Source: the human T2T-CHM13v2.0 reference genome, Homo sapiens. From it: a stretch of DNA of 64,000 nucleotides. The notes under the pieces are model-generated. The model saw nothing but the letters and a program-made list of their open reading frames with translations, ran no database searches and was not told the origin of the DNA. The stretch lies in NCBI RefSeq assembly GCF_009914755.1, contig NC_060945.1, one strand, 5' to 3'. The translations under genes and the position numbers were made by a program. This document shows, one piece after another, positions 30,624-45,532 of this stretch (its first letter is position 1; every line of letters begins with the position of its first letter).

Positions 30624-30697
30624 TTAGATTGGTGCAAAAGTAGTTGAAGTTTTTGAAAGTAATGGCAAAAACCGCAATTACTTTTGCACCAACATAA
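30624..30697. mobile_element. MADE1 (Hsmar1-derived mariner MITE)
   Basis: Inverted termini 'ttagattggtgcaaaagta' / 'ttacttttgcaccaacataa' flanked by a TA duplication (30622-23, 30698-99). Confidence 0.92.
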
Positions 30698-32344
30698 TAC
30701 TAGTTACTGATGTCAAATGAAACTTTACATATTACTTAATTACAACCAATAGTAAAAGAAGTTCATGTATTTATTTAGCAGTAACCTTCAATGGTATAAA
30801 AATGTTTTAAGAAAAAGAAAAGTTAGAATTATTGATTTTGAAGTACAAATTATGAATATTAACTGGAATTATGCATTTTGATGAGAATTTCTCATGCAGT
30901 ATGGACTCATATTTAAGGTTTAATGAGTTTAAGAGTGAAAGAATGAATCTTTTATTTCAGTGAACACTGTTTGAAATTATATTTTTTCATAATAAATAAC
31001 TAAAAGCTTGCATATACACAAACATGAAAAAAGGAAATGTAACATGATTTAATATCTAATACTTGGAAATATTAGAGGAGAAAAGCCCACTTTTCTTTAG
31101 CAAAATCATTAAAGGAATTTTAGGAAGATTCATGAAAATGTAGATGAGTGACACTAAACCACAGTGTCCTTTTAAACATTTATAAGATTTTATTACTGAA
31201 GAGTCTATACTTAAGTATAGTAATAAAAATAAAAATCATTTAATTTATTGGCAGAATATATAAATGTTAAATAAAGAGACTATGACTTGGAATAATCAAG
31301 TAAATTTGCAGTTTGGCTACTTCTACCTAATACGTCTTTAAATTCTGAGCTTCATTCAAGACAGAGCATAAGGCAATTTCTTAGGTGCTCAACTTAACTG
31401 GAGAATGATTGTTTCATCTTAAACTTTAAATAAGCAATTAAAATATAAGTTTCATTCTGCCAGTATCATGGAGAATCTCTCCCATATGGACAATTAAGCC
31501 TTAAGACAAGATTATTTTATAGTTTTTGAAAGAATAATAATGGATTTTCTCAAAAGTAGACTTAACTTTCGCTTTTAACTCTTCTTTTTTTGTAATTTAG
31601 CTATATAGTTCAGAAAGTTTTTCCAAATTTATGGTAGTAGTCTTACATTCTAGTATGTTCAGAGTGGTCAAATATGCTCTTCATTTTTATAAGAAGACTA
31701 TAGTGACGAGCTATGCTAGCTTTGATGCTCCTCTCTTTTTCTTCACCTTTTATTCATTTTTTCTTCTCTTTCTAGCAACATATCACATTATTTCTTCAGT
31801 TCTGATACTTGTGGTAAAATATATTTGTGTACTGAGTAACCTATGATAAGAAATACATAACCCGGTGTGCTAGGGTGATAAGTTGTGCAAGGCGGCAGAT
31901 CAAGGAATACAATGTGTAAAGGACATCAGGGTTATTCAGGAAGAGAAATCTGTTGGGTGACGAATGGCAAGGGATGTACTCCACACAAACAAGAACTAGA
32001 GATCTCCAGAACTTAAACAGGAAATAAAATATAACTGAAATCAAGGATTCTAGAGGAATTTCAGCAACATGTCTAAGAGAGAGACACATAAGCCAATGAA
32101 TATTTCACCAAACAACCCAAAAAGGTTACCCAGGATTTGGTACCACTCGTTCAGTGTAACATGGTGTTTATCATGTAAAACATTTAAAAGGTGACGTTGC
32201 TTTTTAGGAGAATCTGTAGTTTAAAAAGAATGTAAAAGTAGCATACAAATTTATAAAGAAAAACATTTTTTTGACAAAGTAAGGAGCACTTTAGATTTAA
32301 GGAATAATGGTAATAAAAATAAAGTATAAGGCAAAGTGCTATCT

Positions 32345-32500
32345 CTAGCACATAATAGTTACTCTTTATTGAGAAATTTTAGAGGCTACTCAGATAAATT
32401 ATATACATTATTTCTTGTAATTTTAACAAAAAAACTATCATCACCATGTTACTAATAAAGAAACTGAGATGTTCAGAGTTTTTGTACTTTCCATAGTTAA
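32345..32500 (-). mobile_element. MIR fragment
   Basis: 'atcaccatgttactaataaagaaactgagatgttcagag'. Confidence 0.55.
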
Positions 32501-32534
32501 CATTCTCCAATACATGGCTCACAGAAAAGTCTTT

Positions 32535-32933
32535 GCTTTCGTTTCTCACTCATTTGTGGAAGCTAATAATTAAAACAATTGAACTCATGGAGATAGATAG
32601 TAGAAAAATGGTTACCAGGACCTGGGAAGGGTGGTGGGGTTGGTTAATGGTTGCAAAAATATAGTAAAGTAGAATGAATAAGATCTAGAATTTGATAGCA
32701 CAATAGGGTGGCTACAGTAAACTGTAATTTAGCATCTATTTAAAAAATAACTAAAAGAGTAGAATTGGAATGTTTATAACACAAAGAAGTGATAAGTGCT
32801 TGAGGTGATGGATACTCCATTTACCCTGATGTGATTATTTCACATTGCATGCATGTATCAAACTATTTCATGCACCCCATAAATATATACCCCTACTATG
32901 TACCCATAAAAATTTTAAAAAATTAATTTTAAA
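32535..32933 (+). mobile_element. L1MA3-like 3' end
   Basis: 'ttctcactcatttgtggaagcta...gaatgaataagatctag...tatgtacccataaaaatt'. TSD aaaagtcttt (32525-32534 / 32934-32943). Confidence 0.88.
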
Positions 32934-33019
32934 AAAAGTCTTTACCTTGTACTTTGTTCTGGGAAGAATCCAAATTAAGGCATTCTATTCTAGAAATATT
33001 TCTTTGAAATTCACACTCA

Positions 33020-33342
<323 letters not shown>

Positions 33343-33394
33343 TCATGTTTAGGAGTTATTGACTGACATTAAGAAAGCTTCACCCTTTCACTTG

Positions 33395-33500
33395 AATATA
33401 GGGTTCTAGCGGTGATGATCTTTATTAAACTCATGTTTGCAATCCCCAAAGAGTTTAGTGCAGTATCTTAGACACACCCAATAAATATTTGTGCAAATAA
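33395..33500 (+). mobile_element. L2 3' end
   Basis: 'caataaatatttgtgcaaataa' matches the L2 terminus. Confidence 0.55.
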
Positions 33501-34996
33501 TCATATCAAGTGACTTTGTTTAATTTATGGTATCAGGACTCTTTTATAGTGATGTTTTATACAAGGCTTAATAATACGGTACCTAAAACAAATCAGAAGT
33601 ACGTTGAAGATGAAAAATATAAGTGATATAATTATTATAATATATGAATCCATATTTTTCTACCGTAATAGTAAAAGGTATACATTTAAAATTATAAATT
33701 TATAAAAATTGTAATATGAAAGTAGAAAGCATTTTTTATTTGCTAATCACAAAATGTTGTTAAAAATAGAAAGAGGGATGAAAGGTATTTGTTTTAATCA
33801 ACTAGCATCTCTGAATATAATTCAGTCAGTGCAATGCTATCTATCTGGAACATACTTTCATTCTTAAAATCATGAATCTCAATGCCTTAAATATTGTGAA
33901 TAATCCTTTTATTTAAACAGCTTGATAATTATCTCTGTTATCATAACAATAATAATGCAGTCTTTTATCTAGCCATAGTGTAAAATAATATTCTATACAT
34001 TAATGCAACTTAGAAAGCTATAAATTATTTTTGTTAATTTACTCACTGATTATTTCTATTACTCTCTGAAAGCCTATAATCTTAATCACGTAGCATTAAA
34101 TTCAAAAGAAGATTTGTTGATGATGAAAATGATTTAGATACAAACAAAAAACATTTTATATGATTAGTATGACTTTTCCAGGTCATCAATAAATAGTAAA
34201 ATACGTAATTTATTTTTTTGCTACATCATGTAGCTTATACAGTTTGCATTTTGCAATTATTCATCCCTCTTTAACCTGAGATTTAAAAGAAAATACACTC
34301 AACTCAGAGCTGGCCTGGCTACATTTCAGTCATTATCTTTGCAGAAAGAATACTTGGTTTACTGTGGTAATTAAAAGGCTGTCTTATGTATTTGGTCCAG
34401 TGAAATCAGTTTTAATACTAGCCTCTAGATATTAACACTTAACCACATAATTATAAAATCTTAGTGGTAAGGAGGAAAAGGTAACAAACAGGAATTAATT
34501 ACTCAGCCTCCTAGTTTCCAACCTCTTATCCTAGGACAGAAATTCATAATTCGATACTCTGTCATGAAAAAATACGAGTGACTATGGTTATGATGTCATT
34601 ACTGATTTTGGTTAAATACTTGTTTGCTTCTGGACTCTTTATTTTAATGCTTTCATTTTTTTCCGACTCAATAAAAACAAAAGTAGAATTATATCTCAAG
34701 TTATTGTTTGAATTTTCAGTAGTCTATAATAGCAATTCCAACTGCTGATTTCAACATAGCCAGCCCAGCATGGGCTTTCCTGCACCAGCTCCTGGCTTTT
34801 GAAGCAAAGCTAATTTCTCACACGTTCCTCTCCTGTGGGAAGGTAATTATATCAGAAATATGGGAGGTAGGGGGAAGGTCAGTGCTTGGTTTTTAAGATA
34901 TTTTGTGGTACTTTGGAAAAAATTATTTTAAAATATCACAATTTGTAAAACACACAAACTACTCCACTCCAGTCCAGTGGTACTGACCGATACATC

Positions 34997-36090
<1,094 letters not shown>

Positions 36091-36611
36091 GCATGTGAAT
36101 TGACCATGTTTTCCACATCTTTGACCAAGTATAATATTAAATAATATTTAGTATCTTGACATTTAATTTTACTAAAGATAATTCATGTGTTTGTGTTACA
36201 AGGATATTACAAAGGTGGGAAGGAGAGACTACGTTAAAAGAAAAGGTAAAGTGAAGGATATTGAAAAGCAAAAGCAAAGGAAGAAACTCATTCAAAAATA
36301 AGTTACAAAATAAGGCAAAATATTAGGTAAACTTAGACATATTTCATAAATCTTTTAAAATGAGAACAAACTTGAGAATACAGGGAAAGTGCTTTTGATG
36401 CATCTGTTGCTATTCACCTTCTCTTTCTCATTTAAATATACATTTCAAATAATGAAAACCTTTTGTGAATATACTATGTAGTATACTCATATTAATAAGT
36501 GATATATTTAAAAATTAATCCTTCTATATCCAAATAAATATACAACATCTAAACCTACTACCAATTTGTCACATAATGATGAGTAGAGAGCAATAAAATC
36601 AATGAAAAGAA

Positions 36612-36643
36612 TTTTGTTGTGAATGATTTTTGTTGTGAATGAT
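36612..36643. repeat. 16-bp perfect tandem duplication
   Basis: ttttgttgtgaatgat x2. Confidence 0.9.
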
Positions 36644-37749
36644 AAGCAAACATTGCATTCAATAAATCTGTATTTATAATGTGTTAAAAAATATCTATCA
36701 AGCTAAACTAATTCCCTCGTCACCTGAAAAGAGAGAAGACCAAGAAATGACTGATAGGCAACCAACAAGAATACCTGTGAAATGGAGACAAGAATGTTTG
36801 AGAACTGACTGACCATCCAGTGGCACCTGAGAAAAGGTAAGAATCAGAATGGCAGATTATCTGGTTGGCAAGAAATGTATAAAAAGGAAGCAAAACAGTA
36901 GAAAGTTTATAAGTAGTAGTACATGAATATGAGGTGAGCCCTGGTGGTGACAGAAAGAGGTAATTTTTGAAAAAAAAATTCTTCTGAATGAAAAGCCAGG
37001 TGTAGTTAGAAACCTACATGATGTCATTCTGGATCCTCAGAAATGCCTACATTTCACAATATATTTTCAACAATTTTCTAAAATATTAGAACTCCATCTA
37101 TTACTATTTATATATGAATATGAATACCTCTGGTATAACTATCTTATTGATCCATATTGGTCATTGGTATCTTACATCTATTCATTTTCCATACTATTCC
37201 ATGATAATACACAGAGAGAAGATTTAGAAAGGAGATTTTAAAGGCAAATATTATATAAGTCTTTCTTGGTACAAGTATTTGATAATGTAAAGTACAATTT
37301 ATTTGATAATATAAATGGTTATGTACTAAATCGCCCCCTAAGAAACTTCTTAGAATGACTTTTATAATTTATTTGTCCTAAAATCACATAATAATTTCTT
37401 AATGATTGGAGTTTGACAAATCCAAGTAGAGATTTAGTTTATTTCACTTAATAAGGGAAAAATGTCTTTGAATTAATTTATAATTATGATTGTTGGTAAT
37501 CTTTGTCCCTCTGCATATCTACATGGGATGTATGATAAAATTGTAATAAACAAATGTCATTCAATTAAGAATATTAGAAAAATAATAAAAATATTTTGTT
37601 TAAGATATAAATATAACTATTGGACTGCAACTTTATTAACCAGCATTGCCTTATGTAATCAGCAGTCTTTTACTTTTGCATATACTGAAATACTGTATAA
37701 TATTTTGGCCTTTTTTCAGGATATGTCAATGTTATCTAATCCTGGATCA

Positions 37750-38515
37750 TGTTATGCAAAATTCTAAGATGAATCTGAAGACACCTGCTTTATGGTTTGC
37801 AAACATTGTACAAATTCCTCCTCTTGTATGTGTTGTGGTCTGTGCATAAGATGGATTTTATAACTATAATTAGGCTGCATTATATGACAAAGGTAAAATG
37901 ATCTTGCAGATGCAATTGAGGTTCCAAATCATTTGGTTTTCAGTTAATAAAAAAAGGAATTATTTCAGTGGGCTTGAATTAGTCATGTGTAGACTCTAAA
38001 AAGAAAGAGACATGGAATGTGAGAAAAATTCAATTCCGTTGCTGGTTAAGACAGCAGGTGGCCTCTAGGATTGAAGAGTGGACCCTGGCCAATAGCTGGA
38101 AACAAAACAGGGGCCTGACTTGTAAAAACAGAGGATTGAATTCTGTCAAAAACCACATAAGCCTTAAAACACTATCCCAAGCTCCACAAAGGAAGGCAGC
38201 ACAACCAACAATTTTTTGAGGCCGAATCTCTCTACCTTGCCCAGATTGGTCTTGAACCCCTGGGTGCAAGTGATCTTCTAAGCACAAGTGATTTCCTCTT
38301 CCCCCACTTCAGCCTCCTGAGTAGCTGTAATTACAGACACATCACCAAACCTAGCTAAAGCCATCATCTTGATTTCAGCTTTGATGTGCTCTTGAGCACA
38401 GGGTCAAGCTAATCTATGCTCAGACACTTGACTAGTGGAAATTATTAGATAGAAAATGGGTGTTATGCCAATTAGTTTGCGACAATTTATTACACAGCAA
38501 AAGAAAACTAATACA
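37750..38515 (+). mobile_element. MLT1E-subfamily LTR interrupted by an Alu monomer
   Basis: 'aaattctaagatg...atcttgcagatgcaattgaggttccaaatca...tacacagcaaaagaaaactaataca'. Confidence 0.8.
38212..38356 (-). mobile_element. Alu monomer (FLAM/FAM-like)
   Basis: 'ttgcccagattggtcttgaacccctggg...cagcctcctgagtagctgtaattacag', about 145 bp, with a small internal 'caagtgat' duplication. Confidence 0.75.
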
Positions 38516-39089
38516 ATGTCAAAAGTTATTTCTATCTGAATTCCAAATGTTAGAACTAGACTAGAAACCAAAATCATTTAAAATCCAAATTTGTCACATG
38601 TGATTAATAGTCCCATTTTACTGTCTGATATAAATGATGATGTATTTGTTTGTTAAATAAAAGATATGGACATCAGAAAGAATAATATTAACAAAGTTTG
38701 GGGGGCAATGAATTCAATTTTATATCAAGCAAGTTGAAGTAAATCTACTGTTGGGACCTAGATCTTGTGCACTCCTACTCATGCTGGTGACTGCAACATT
38801 CTACGACTTCACAACCTCTAGAGTTACTTCATTTTTTTTTTCTTTTAAGAAGCAACCATATTAAGTGACAGGATTACTTCTTAAAATACTTTATACTTCT
38901 AGACTTATATAATTTTAGATGGTGCACTGGCTGTTCATGTAAGTAAAAATAATTAACAAATTTTGCAAACTTCTAATTTTCTCAAATACAATTAATCCCT
39001 TTAGAAAAACTATTGCTTTGTTTTATCAAGAAAGCATGAGAGTACTAACAAAACATTTATAATAATGCTGAGTCTAATTCTTATAATCA

Positions 39090-39392
39090 TGATTATGATC
39101 ATTTATTGGACTGTTATCACTAGCCAGATACTACGTAGAGTGTTATATGCATATTACTTTCTAAAATTTTCCCCATACAACAAATAATTGAGATTGCATC
39201 TATTCATACTCATTCCATTTTATATGGAAGGAACTGAGACCAGAAGCAGGGGAGATTGAGAGTTATTGTTCACTGGGTATAGAGATTTGGTTATGCAAGA
39301 CAAAAATAACAACATAACCAGTAAGCAATAAATTGAAGAAATAAAATTAACCTTTATCCATAGAGCTAAAACTTTTAACTACTGCACTATTT
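39090..39392 (-). mobile_element. MIR with a short embedded L1M-like piece
   Basis: 'atttattggactgttatcactagccagatact' and 'ccattttatatggaaggaactgagac'. The insert reads 'gagttattgttcactgggtatagag'. Confidence 0.5.
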
Positions 39393-40549
39393 CAATTTAT
39401 TAGTACAGAATCATAGTGCTTACTTTTCAACCTACTCCAAACCCAAAACTCCTTCATATAGTCAATATTGTAATTGAGTGGAACTGCATTTAATGATGAA
39501 ATGTAAGTTTCTATTTGTTAAAACACATGCTTTTTCTGATGTAATATATTGTGAACATTTTCTCACTAGTCACATTATATTTCTCCACAATACTAAAGAT
39601 GGTAAAGTGTCTTTTCTGGTTTGAGTGCTTTTTTACTTTAATTTTTTTTTTGTCTAATTGCTCTAGGTAGGATTTCCAGTACTTTATTGAACATGTGAGT
39701 GAGCATCTTTACCATGTTTCTGATCTTAGAGAAAAAACTTTCACGTTTTCATTGTTGAGTATAATGTTAACTGTGGCTTTTTGTATATGGCCTTTATTAT
39801 ATTGAGATAATTTATTTCTATTCCTTGTGTTTTAGTATTTTTAATTCATGAAAAGATGTTGAATTTTGTCAGATGCTTTTTCTGCATCTATTGAGTTAAT
39901 CCTGTGTTTTAAAAGCTTCCATTCTGTTAATATAATATAGTGTATCCTATTGATTCATTTGTTTATGTTGGATCATCCTTGTCTCACAAAAATAAATGCC
40001 ACTTGGTCATGCCATGAGGTATTTTTACTGTGGTATTGAATTTGGTTTGTTAGTATTTTGTTGAGGATACAAGATTTTATATTTATATCTTGTAATTATA
40101 TCTTTGTCTGGCTTTGGTGTTGGTAATTCTGACCTCATAAAATGAGTTTGGAATTGTTTCTTCCCTTTACATTGTTTATAATAGTTTGAGAAGGAATAGT
40201 GTTAATTCTTATTTAAATATTTGATGGCATTCTTCAGGGAGGCTATCTAGACCATGACTTTTCTTCACTGGGAAGTTTTGGTGACGAATTCAATCTCCTA
40301 GCTAGCTATAGGTCTACTCTAATTTTCTCTTTTTTCATCATTAATTTTTGATAGGTTGTATGTTTTAAAAAATTTGTTCATTTTTTTCTGGGTTATGCAG
40401 TGTATTGGCATATAATTATTTATAATAATTCTCATTTTTATTCCTGTGGCATCAGTGTTAATGTCTCCTCTTTTATTACTGATTTTATTTGCATATTCAA
40501 TTTGAAAAGAATGTACATTCCGTAGTTGTTGGGTAGAATGTTCTGTAAA

Positions 40550-41561
40550 GCTCATCACTTAGGCACATATTCATCAAGTTATCTCAAGTCAAGACAAAGA
40601 AAAGAATCTTAAGAGCTGTGAGGCAAAAGCATCAGGTAGCCTATAAAGGAAAACCTATCAGATTAACAGCAGATTTCTCAGCAGAAACCCTACAAGCTCG
40701 AAGGGTTTGGGGTTCTATCTTTAGCCCCATTAAACAAAACAATTATCAGCCAAGAATTTTGTATCCAGCAAAACTAAGCTTCATAAATGAAGGAAAAAAT
40801 AACAGCCTTTTATAGACAAACAAATGCTGAGAGTTCATCACTACCAAGCCAGCACTACAAGAACTGCTAAAAGAACCTCTAAAATCTTGAAACATATCAT
40901 CAAAGTACACCAAAATAGAATCTCCTTAAAGCATAAATCTCATAGGACCCATAAAACAACAATACAATGAAACAAACAAACAAACAACAACAAGGTATTT
41001 AGGCAACAAATAGCATGATGAATAGAATAGCACCTCAAGTCTCAATACTGATATTGAATGTAAATGGCCTAAATGTTCCACTTAACAGATACAGAATGGC
41101 ACAATGGATAAGAATTCACCAATCAAAAAATCTGCTGTCTTCAAGAGGCTCATCTGGCATATAAGGACTCACATAAACTTAAGGTAAAGAAGTGGAAAAA
41201 GACATTGCATGCAAATGGATCCAAAAGCAAGCAGGAGTAGCTATTCTTATATCAGACCAAACAAACTTTAAAACAACAGTGGTTAGAAAAGACAAAGAGG
41301 GATATTATATAATGATAAAAGGACTAGTCCAACAGGAAAATATCATAACCCTAAATATATATGCACCTAACACCAGAGCTCTCAAATTTATAAAATGATT
41401 ACTACTAGACCTAAAAAATGAGATAGACAGCAACACAATAATAGTGGGGGACTTCAATACTCCACTGACAGCACTGGAGAGGTCATAAAGAAAGAAAGAC
41501 TACAAAGAAACAATGGACTTAAGCTATACCCTAGAACAAATGAACTTAAAAGATATTTACA
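40550..41561 (+). mobile_element. L1PB-like segment: ORF1 C-terminus, inter-ORF spacer and endonuclease domain
   Basis: ORF 40618-40815 'YKGKPIRLTADFSAETLQARR' and ORF 41192-41398 'QKQAGVAILISD...ITLNIYAPN'. Confidence 0.9.
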
Positions 41562-42668
41562 TTTGTTTCTTTTTTAAATAAAGGTACTTACTGGTATAAA
41601 CTTTCATCTTAGTAGTGTTTTTGCTGCCTCCATAATTTTTGGTATATTGTAGTCTGTTTGATTATTTGTTTGTCACAAGACACTTTTGGTTTTCTTTTTG
41701 TTTTTGAACCTCTATGACAAAATTAAAAGCGATTTTTATAATGCTGATAGAGTATTACAGTATTCTAGACCTGTTGATATATTTACCTTTACCAGTAAGC
41801 TCTATTTTTCTTTTGCTTTCATGTTGCTGTCTACATTCCTTTTGTTTTAAACTGAAGTATTTCATTTAGAATTTTTTCTAAGGTAGATCTAGTGATGATA
41901 AAAATACTTCTGCTGTTTGGAAAAGTCTTTAATTCTTTCATTTTTGAAGGATACTTTTGCTGGATAAAGTATTCTTGACTGGCAGTGTTTTTTTTTTTTT
42001 CATTTGTTTGTTTTCATCACTTTGAATATGTCATTGTTCTGTTTTCTGGCCTGCAGAGTTTTCGCTGAGAAAACTGCTGATGGTATTATGGGGTATTTTT
42101 GTACATGATGATGTACATTTTCCTTGTTGCTTTCAACATTTTCATTTTCTTTGACTTTTGGCAATTTGATTATGTGTCTTAGTATAAACATTTTAGATTC
42201 ATTGTATTTGGAGTTTATTGTTTTACTTGAATCTGGGCATCTGTTTTCTTCCCCAGATCCAGAATTTTCCATTTATTTTCTTCAAGAAAGTTTTTTTTTC
42301 ACCATTCTCTCATTCTTCTGAGTCTCCCAGAATGTGTATATTAGTTTGCTTGATAGTGTACCAAAATCATCAGATGCTTTCCTTTGTCATCCTTACTTTT
42401 GTTTTCTTTTTCTTTTCTGGTTAAATTATTTCCAGTGATCTGACTTCAAATTTGCTAACCCTTTCTTCTGCCTGACCTTGTTTGTTGTGAAATTCCTCTA
42501 GTGAATTTTTCAGTTCAGTTAGTATATTCTTCAACTCTAGCAGTTATATTTGGTTCTTTTTATATTTTCTCTTTATTGACATTTTCAATTTGTACACATC
42601 ATTTTTATGACCTGGTTGAGTATCATTATGATGCCTATTTTTAATTATTTGCAAGTTAATACATGTAT

Positions 42669-44121
42669 AAAGTTGAGTATCCCTTATCCCAAAATTTGAA
42701 ATCTGAAATGCTCCCAAATCTGAAATTTCTGAGGGCTGGCATGATACCACCAGTGGAAAATTCCACACCTAAAATCACATAATGGTTTGCAGATGCACAA
42801 TACAGAGTTTATTCAGTGTCCTCAAGAAAAAACAAACAAACAAAAATAAAAAATACCTCTCCAACCCCCTTAAGCTTCAGTATATCTTTTCCACAAATGC
42901 CCAGATTTCCACAAGCAAGAATAAGAAAAAGGTAATAAAATGTCATATGTGCAGGCTTCACATGCCAGTGGTGGGTTTCCCACAATGCCCTACCTGGGAC
43001 CAAGACGTATGTGCTTTATTTACTCTGTTTTTTTTTTTTTTTTTTTGAAGAATTTCCTATGCCAAGTGAAAAAAAAATGTCTAATCTCTTTACATATGTA
43101 AAAATATACGTTCAGAGTCTGTCAGTAAGCTAGAAGAAGTAGGTATTGAAGAAATTTTCAAATTCTATTCTTTATTCATTAACTGATAGCAAAATAGCCA
43201 AACTTGTTCTGAATCAAGGTGATCATGATAATAGTAATAATTCAAATGACATTGCTTGGGTAGCAGAAAGCAATGTCTACAGATAACATAGTGAAAACGT
43301 GATGGGCTTGTTGAAAGACTACAGCAGTGTGCATTCATAACAGAATAAGAAATTATGTCAGTTTGTAAAATCAAAGAAAGAATTTTAAGACAAAAATTTC
43401 TTAATGATTCAAATGACTTTTCAGTAAACATTTTTAAAAGCCGTCTTGCAGAATGCCTCCTTATCCCCCAGGGATTCACTTCCTGGTCTTTCAAAAGCTT
43501 CTGAACTTTCTTTTCACCTAAAAAAAGACGCAATGTATAGTAACCTTTTCATAGAGACAAAACATCATAGCTGAACACTAACATCCTGCCATTGTAGTTT
43601 GTGTTGTTTAAAAGCTAGTATATGTACTCTGATAATGCTGCTGTATTACTTAGTTACCTCGAATAACTTATTTTAATTGTATTAATGGTATTTTTATGTT
43701 AACTACTTGTATTTATTTGTACATTCTTGTACATATTTTTGTCATTAAGTACTTCTGTGCAAATGAGGGTAAGAAAATGACTGCTTATCATTTATATCTG
43801 AATTCAGAATCAAGAATCATGGTGATACCACACGAATCCAGATTATCTACATGCGTGGCTGAGATAAAGAAACTTTTGCTTTTTCATGGTTCAATGTACA
43901 CAAACACAAACCTTTTTATGCACCAAATTATTTAAAATATTGTATAAAGTTATTTGCAGGCTATGTGCATAAGGTGTATCTAAAACATAAATACATGTTG
44001 TGTTTAGATTTGGGTCCCATCCCTAAGACATCTCATTAATTATATTCAAATATTTCAAAATTTTAAGAAAATTCAAAGCACTTCCGGTCTCAAGCCTTTA
44101 ACATAAGGAATACTCAAACTG
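42669..44121 (+). mobile_element. Tigger4 (Zombi/MER46) DNA transposon, internally deleted
   Basis: TIRs 'agttgagtatcccttat' / 'ataaggaatactcaaactg' followed by TA. Decayed transposase C-terminal sequence at about 43050-43450. Confidence 0.82.
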
Positions 44122-45532
44122 TAGATCTCTTTCTTCAGTGTTTGTTTTTGGAGATGTATTTTGTTTCTTTTTGTCATGTTTCCCTGTTTCTTTGTTCCTT
44201 GTAACTTTGTGTTGGCATTCACACATTTGAAAAACAGCTAAGTCTCTCAATCTATATAGACGAGCTTTGTACAGACTAAAGACATTTATCAATCAGCCCA
44301 GCTAGAGAGTCTGGGGGGCACTCAAGTTTCTGTGATACATCTTCTCTAGTTGTATGTGCAAATTCCCAGTTATAGGGGTCTGCCATTTTAGTTTTCAGGT
44401 GCTCATAATCTTTTGTGCCCACTGGTGTTTGTCTGTGGTGCACCAGACATTCTGGAGTTCTCACAGGTCATTTGCTCTCTTTTGTTCTCATAGGCCCCCA
44501 GGCTTCTAGAATACATTGAGTCCTATCAGTACTTTGAGTCCAGAAAGATAGAAGTTTGTACTTTGTGCAGCCCCCTGGACATCTTGGACATTGGACACAT
44601 GCTTTACTCTTCCCCCCTTTTAAGGAAGAGATTACTAAACTGTATTGTCTTCTGCCTACTGTGCTGTGGGTCTTCTGGAGCAGCAGCAAGACACTAACCT
44701 GTTTGCTCTCAGCATTTTCCAGGCATTTAGAATACGCCAGGTCTTGTCAGTGTTCTGACACAGGTGAGATGAAACCAGTCTCTTGGAGACCTCAAAAAGC
44801 CAGAATATCCAACCCTTTTCTTCCTTAATGAAAACTCAAGAGTTTTCTCCTCTTTTTTTTTCTACACTGAGCTAAGGGGACAGACTACGGTGAGAGGATG
44901 CATGCAGTGAAAAAAAAAAAAAAAGCCTTTGTCCTCAGTGTCTCTCAGTCTGTTGCCTTTCACTATCAGCTCTTTGAATGTGGTAAGATAAAAGCCAGTC
45001 CCTTGATCAGTCTTTCTGAATCGTCAGAATGTTGGAGATATGCTGCAGTCTTCTCTTTCTTTCTTTAGGGAGAAGCCAGGAGTAGAAGTCTCCTATGATC
45101 ACATGGGGCTGAACAAGAGACAGAACAAAGATAATTCAGTACCACAAATTTTCCTGCTACCTTTGATGCTGCTGGTTTTGAATCACCTGGGGTGCGGGAG
45201 ACTTTTAACCTTTAACTGTATTTCTCACAAAAGAAATTGATTCATGCATTGTTGTTGAGTCTTTGTCTCCATGGGGGAAAGGAGAGACTCTATCCTTCTA
45301 TTCTGCCATCTTGCTGACATCAACGATCTGAAATTATTTTTGACTATACAGTGAAGAGATAGCTAATGAGAGTGTTTGGAAATATACATTAAGGGAGTAT
45401 GTTTCACATAAATATAACAAAATTATTAATGGAGTTACAAATTGAGCTGTCATTTTCATTTACAACTAATCTAATATTTATTTCATTTAAACATACAACT
45501 ATAAAGTGATGAATAATATCTTATTACTTTAT

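Larger units (their letters stand above)
39620..45322 (-). mobile_element. Old L1M (L1MA/MB-age) element from 5' UTR through ORF1 to the RT region, interrupted by L1PB (40492-41561) and Tigger4
   Basis: Antisense ORF2 ('gatgttgaattttgtcagatgctttttctgcatctattgag'), an ORF1 remnant (ORF 42000-42272 'SAVFSAKTLQARKQ') and a 5' terminus 'tattctgccatcttg'. Confidence 0.75.

Noticed and set aside
31205-31220. 16-bp perfect palindrome ctatacttaagtatag
   Set aside because: It is isolated and AT-rich, and a palindrome this size is plausible by chance in 64 kb.
36720-36845. Cluster of splice-like signals (plus-strand AAG|gtaaga; minus-strand ttttctcag| and ttttcag|)
   Set aside because: There is no convincing coding frame or partner exons, and such motifs are frequent by chance. 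RNA-seq would be needed.
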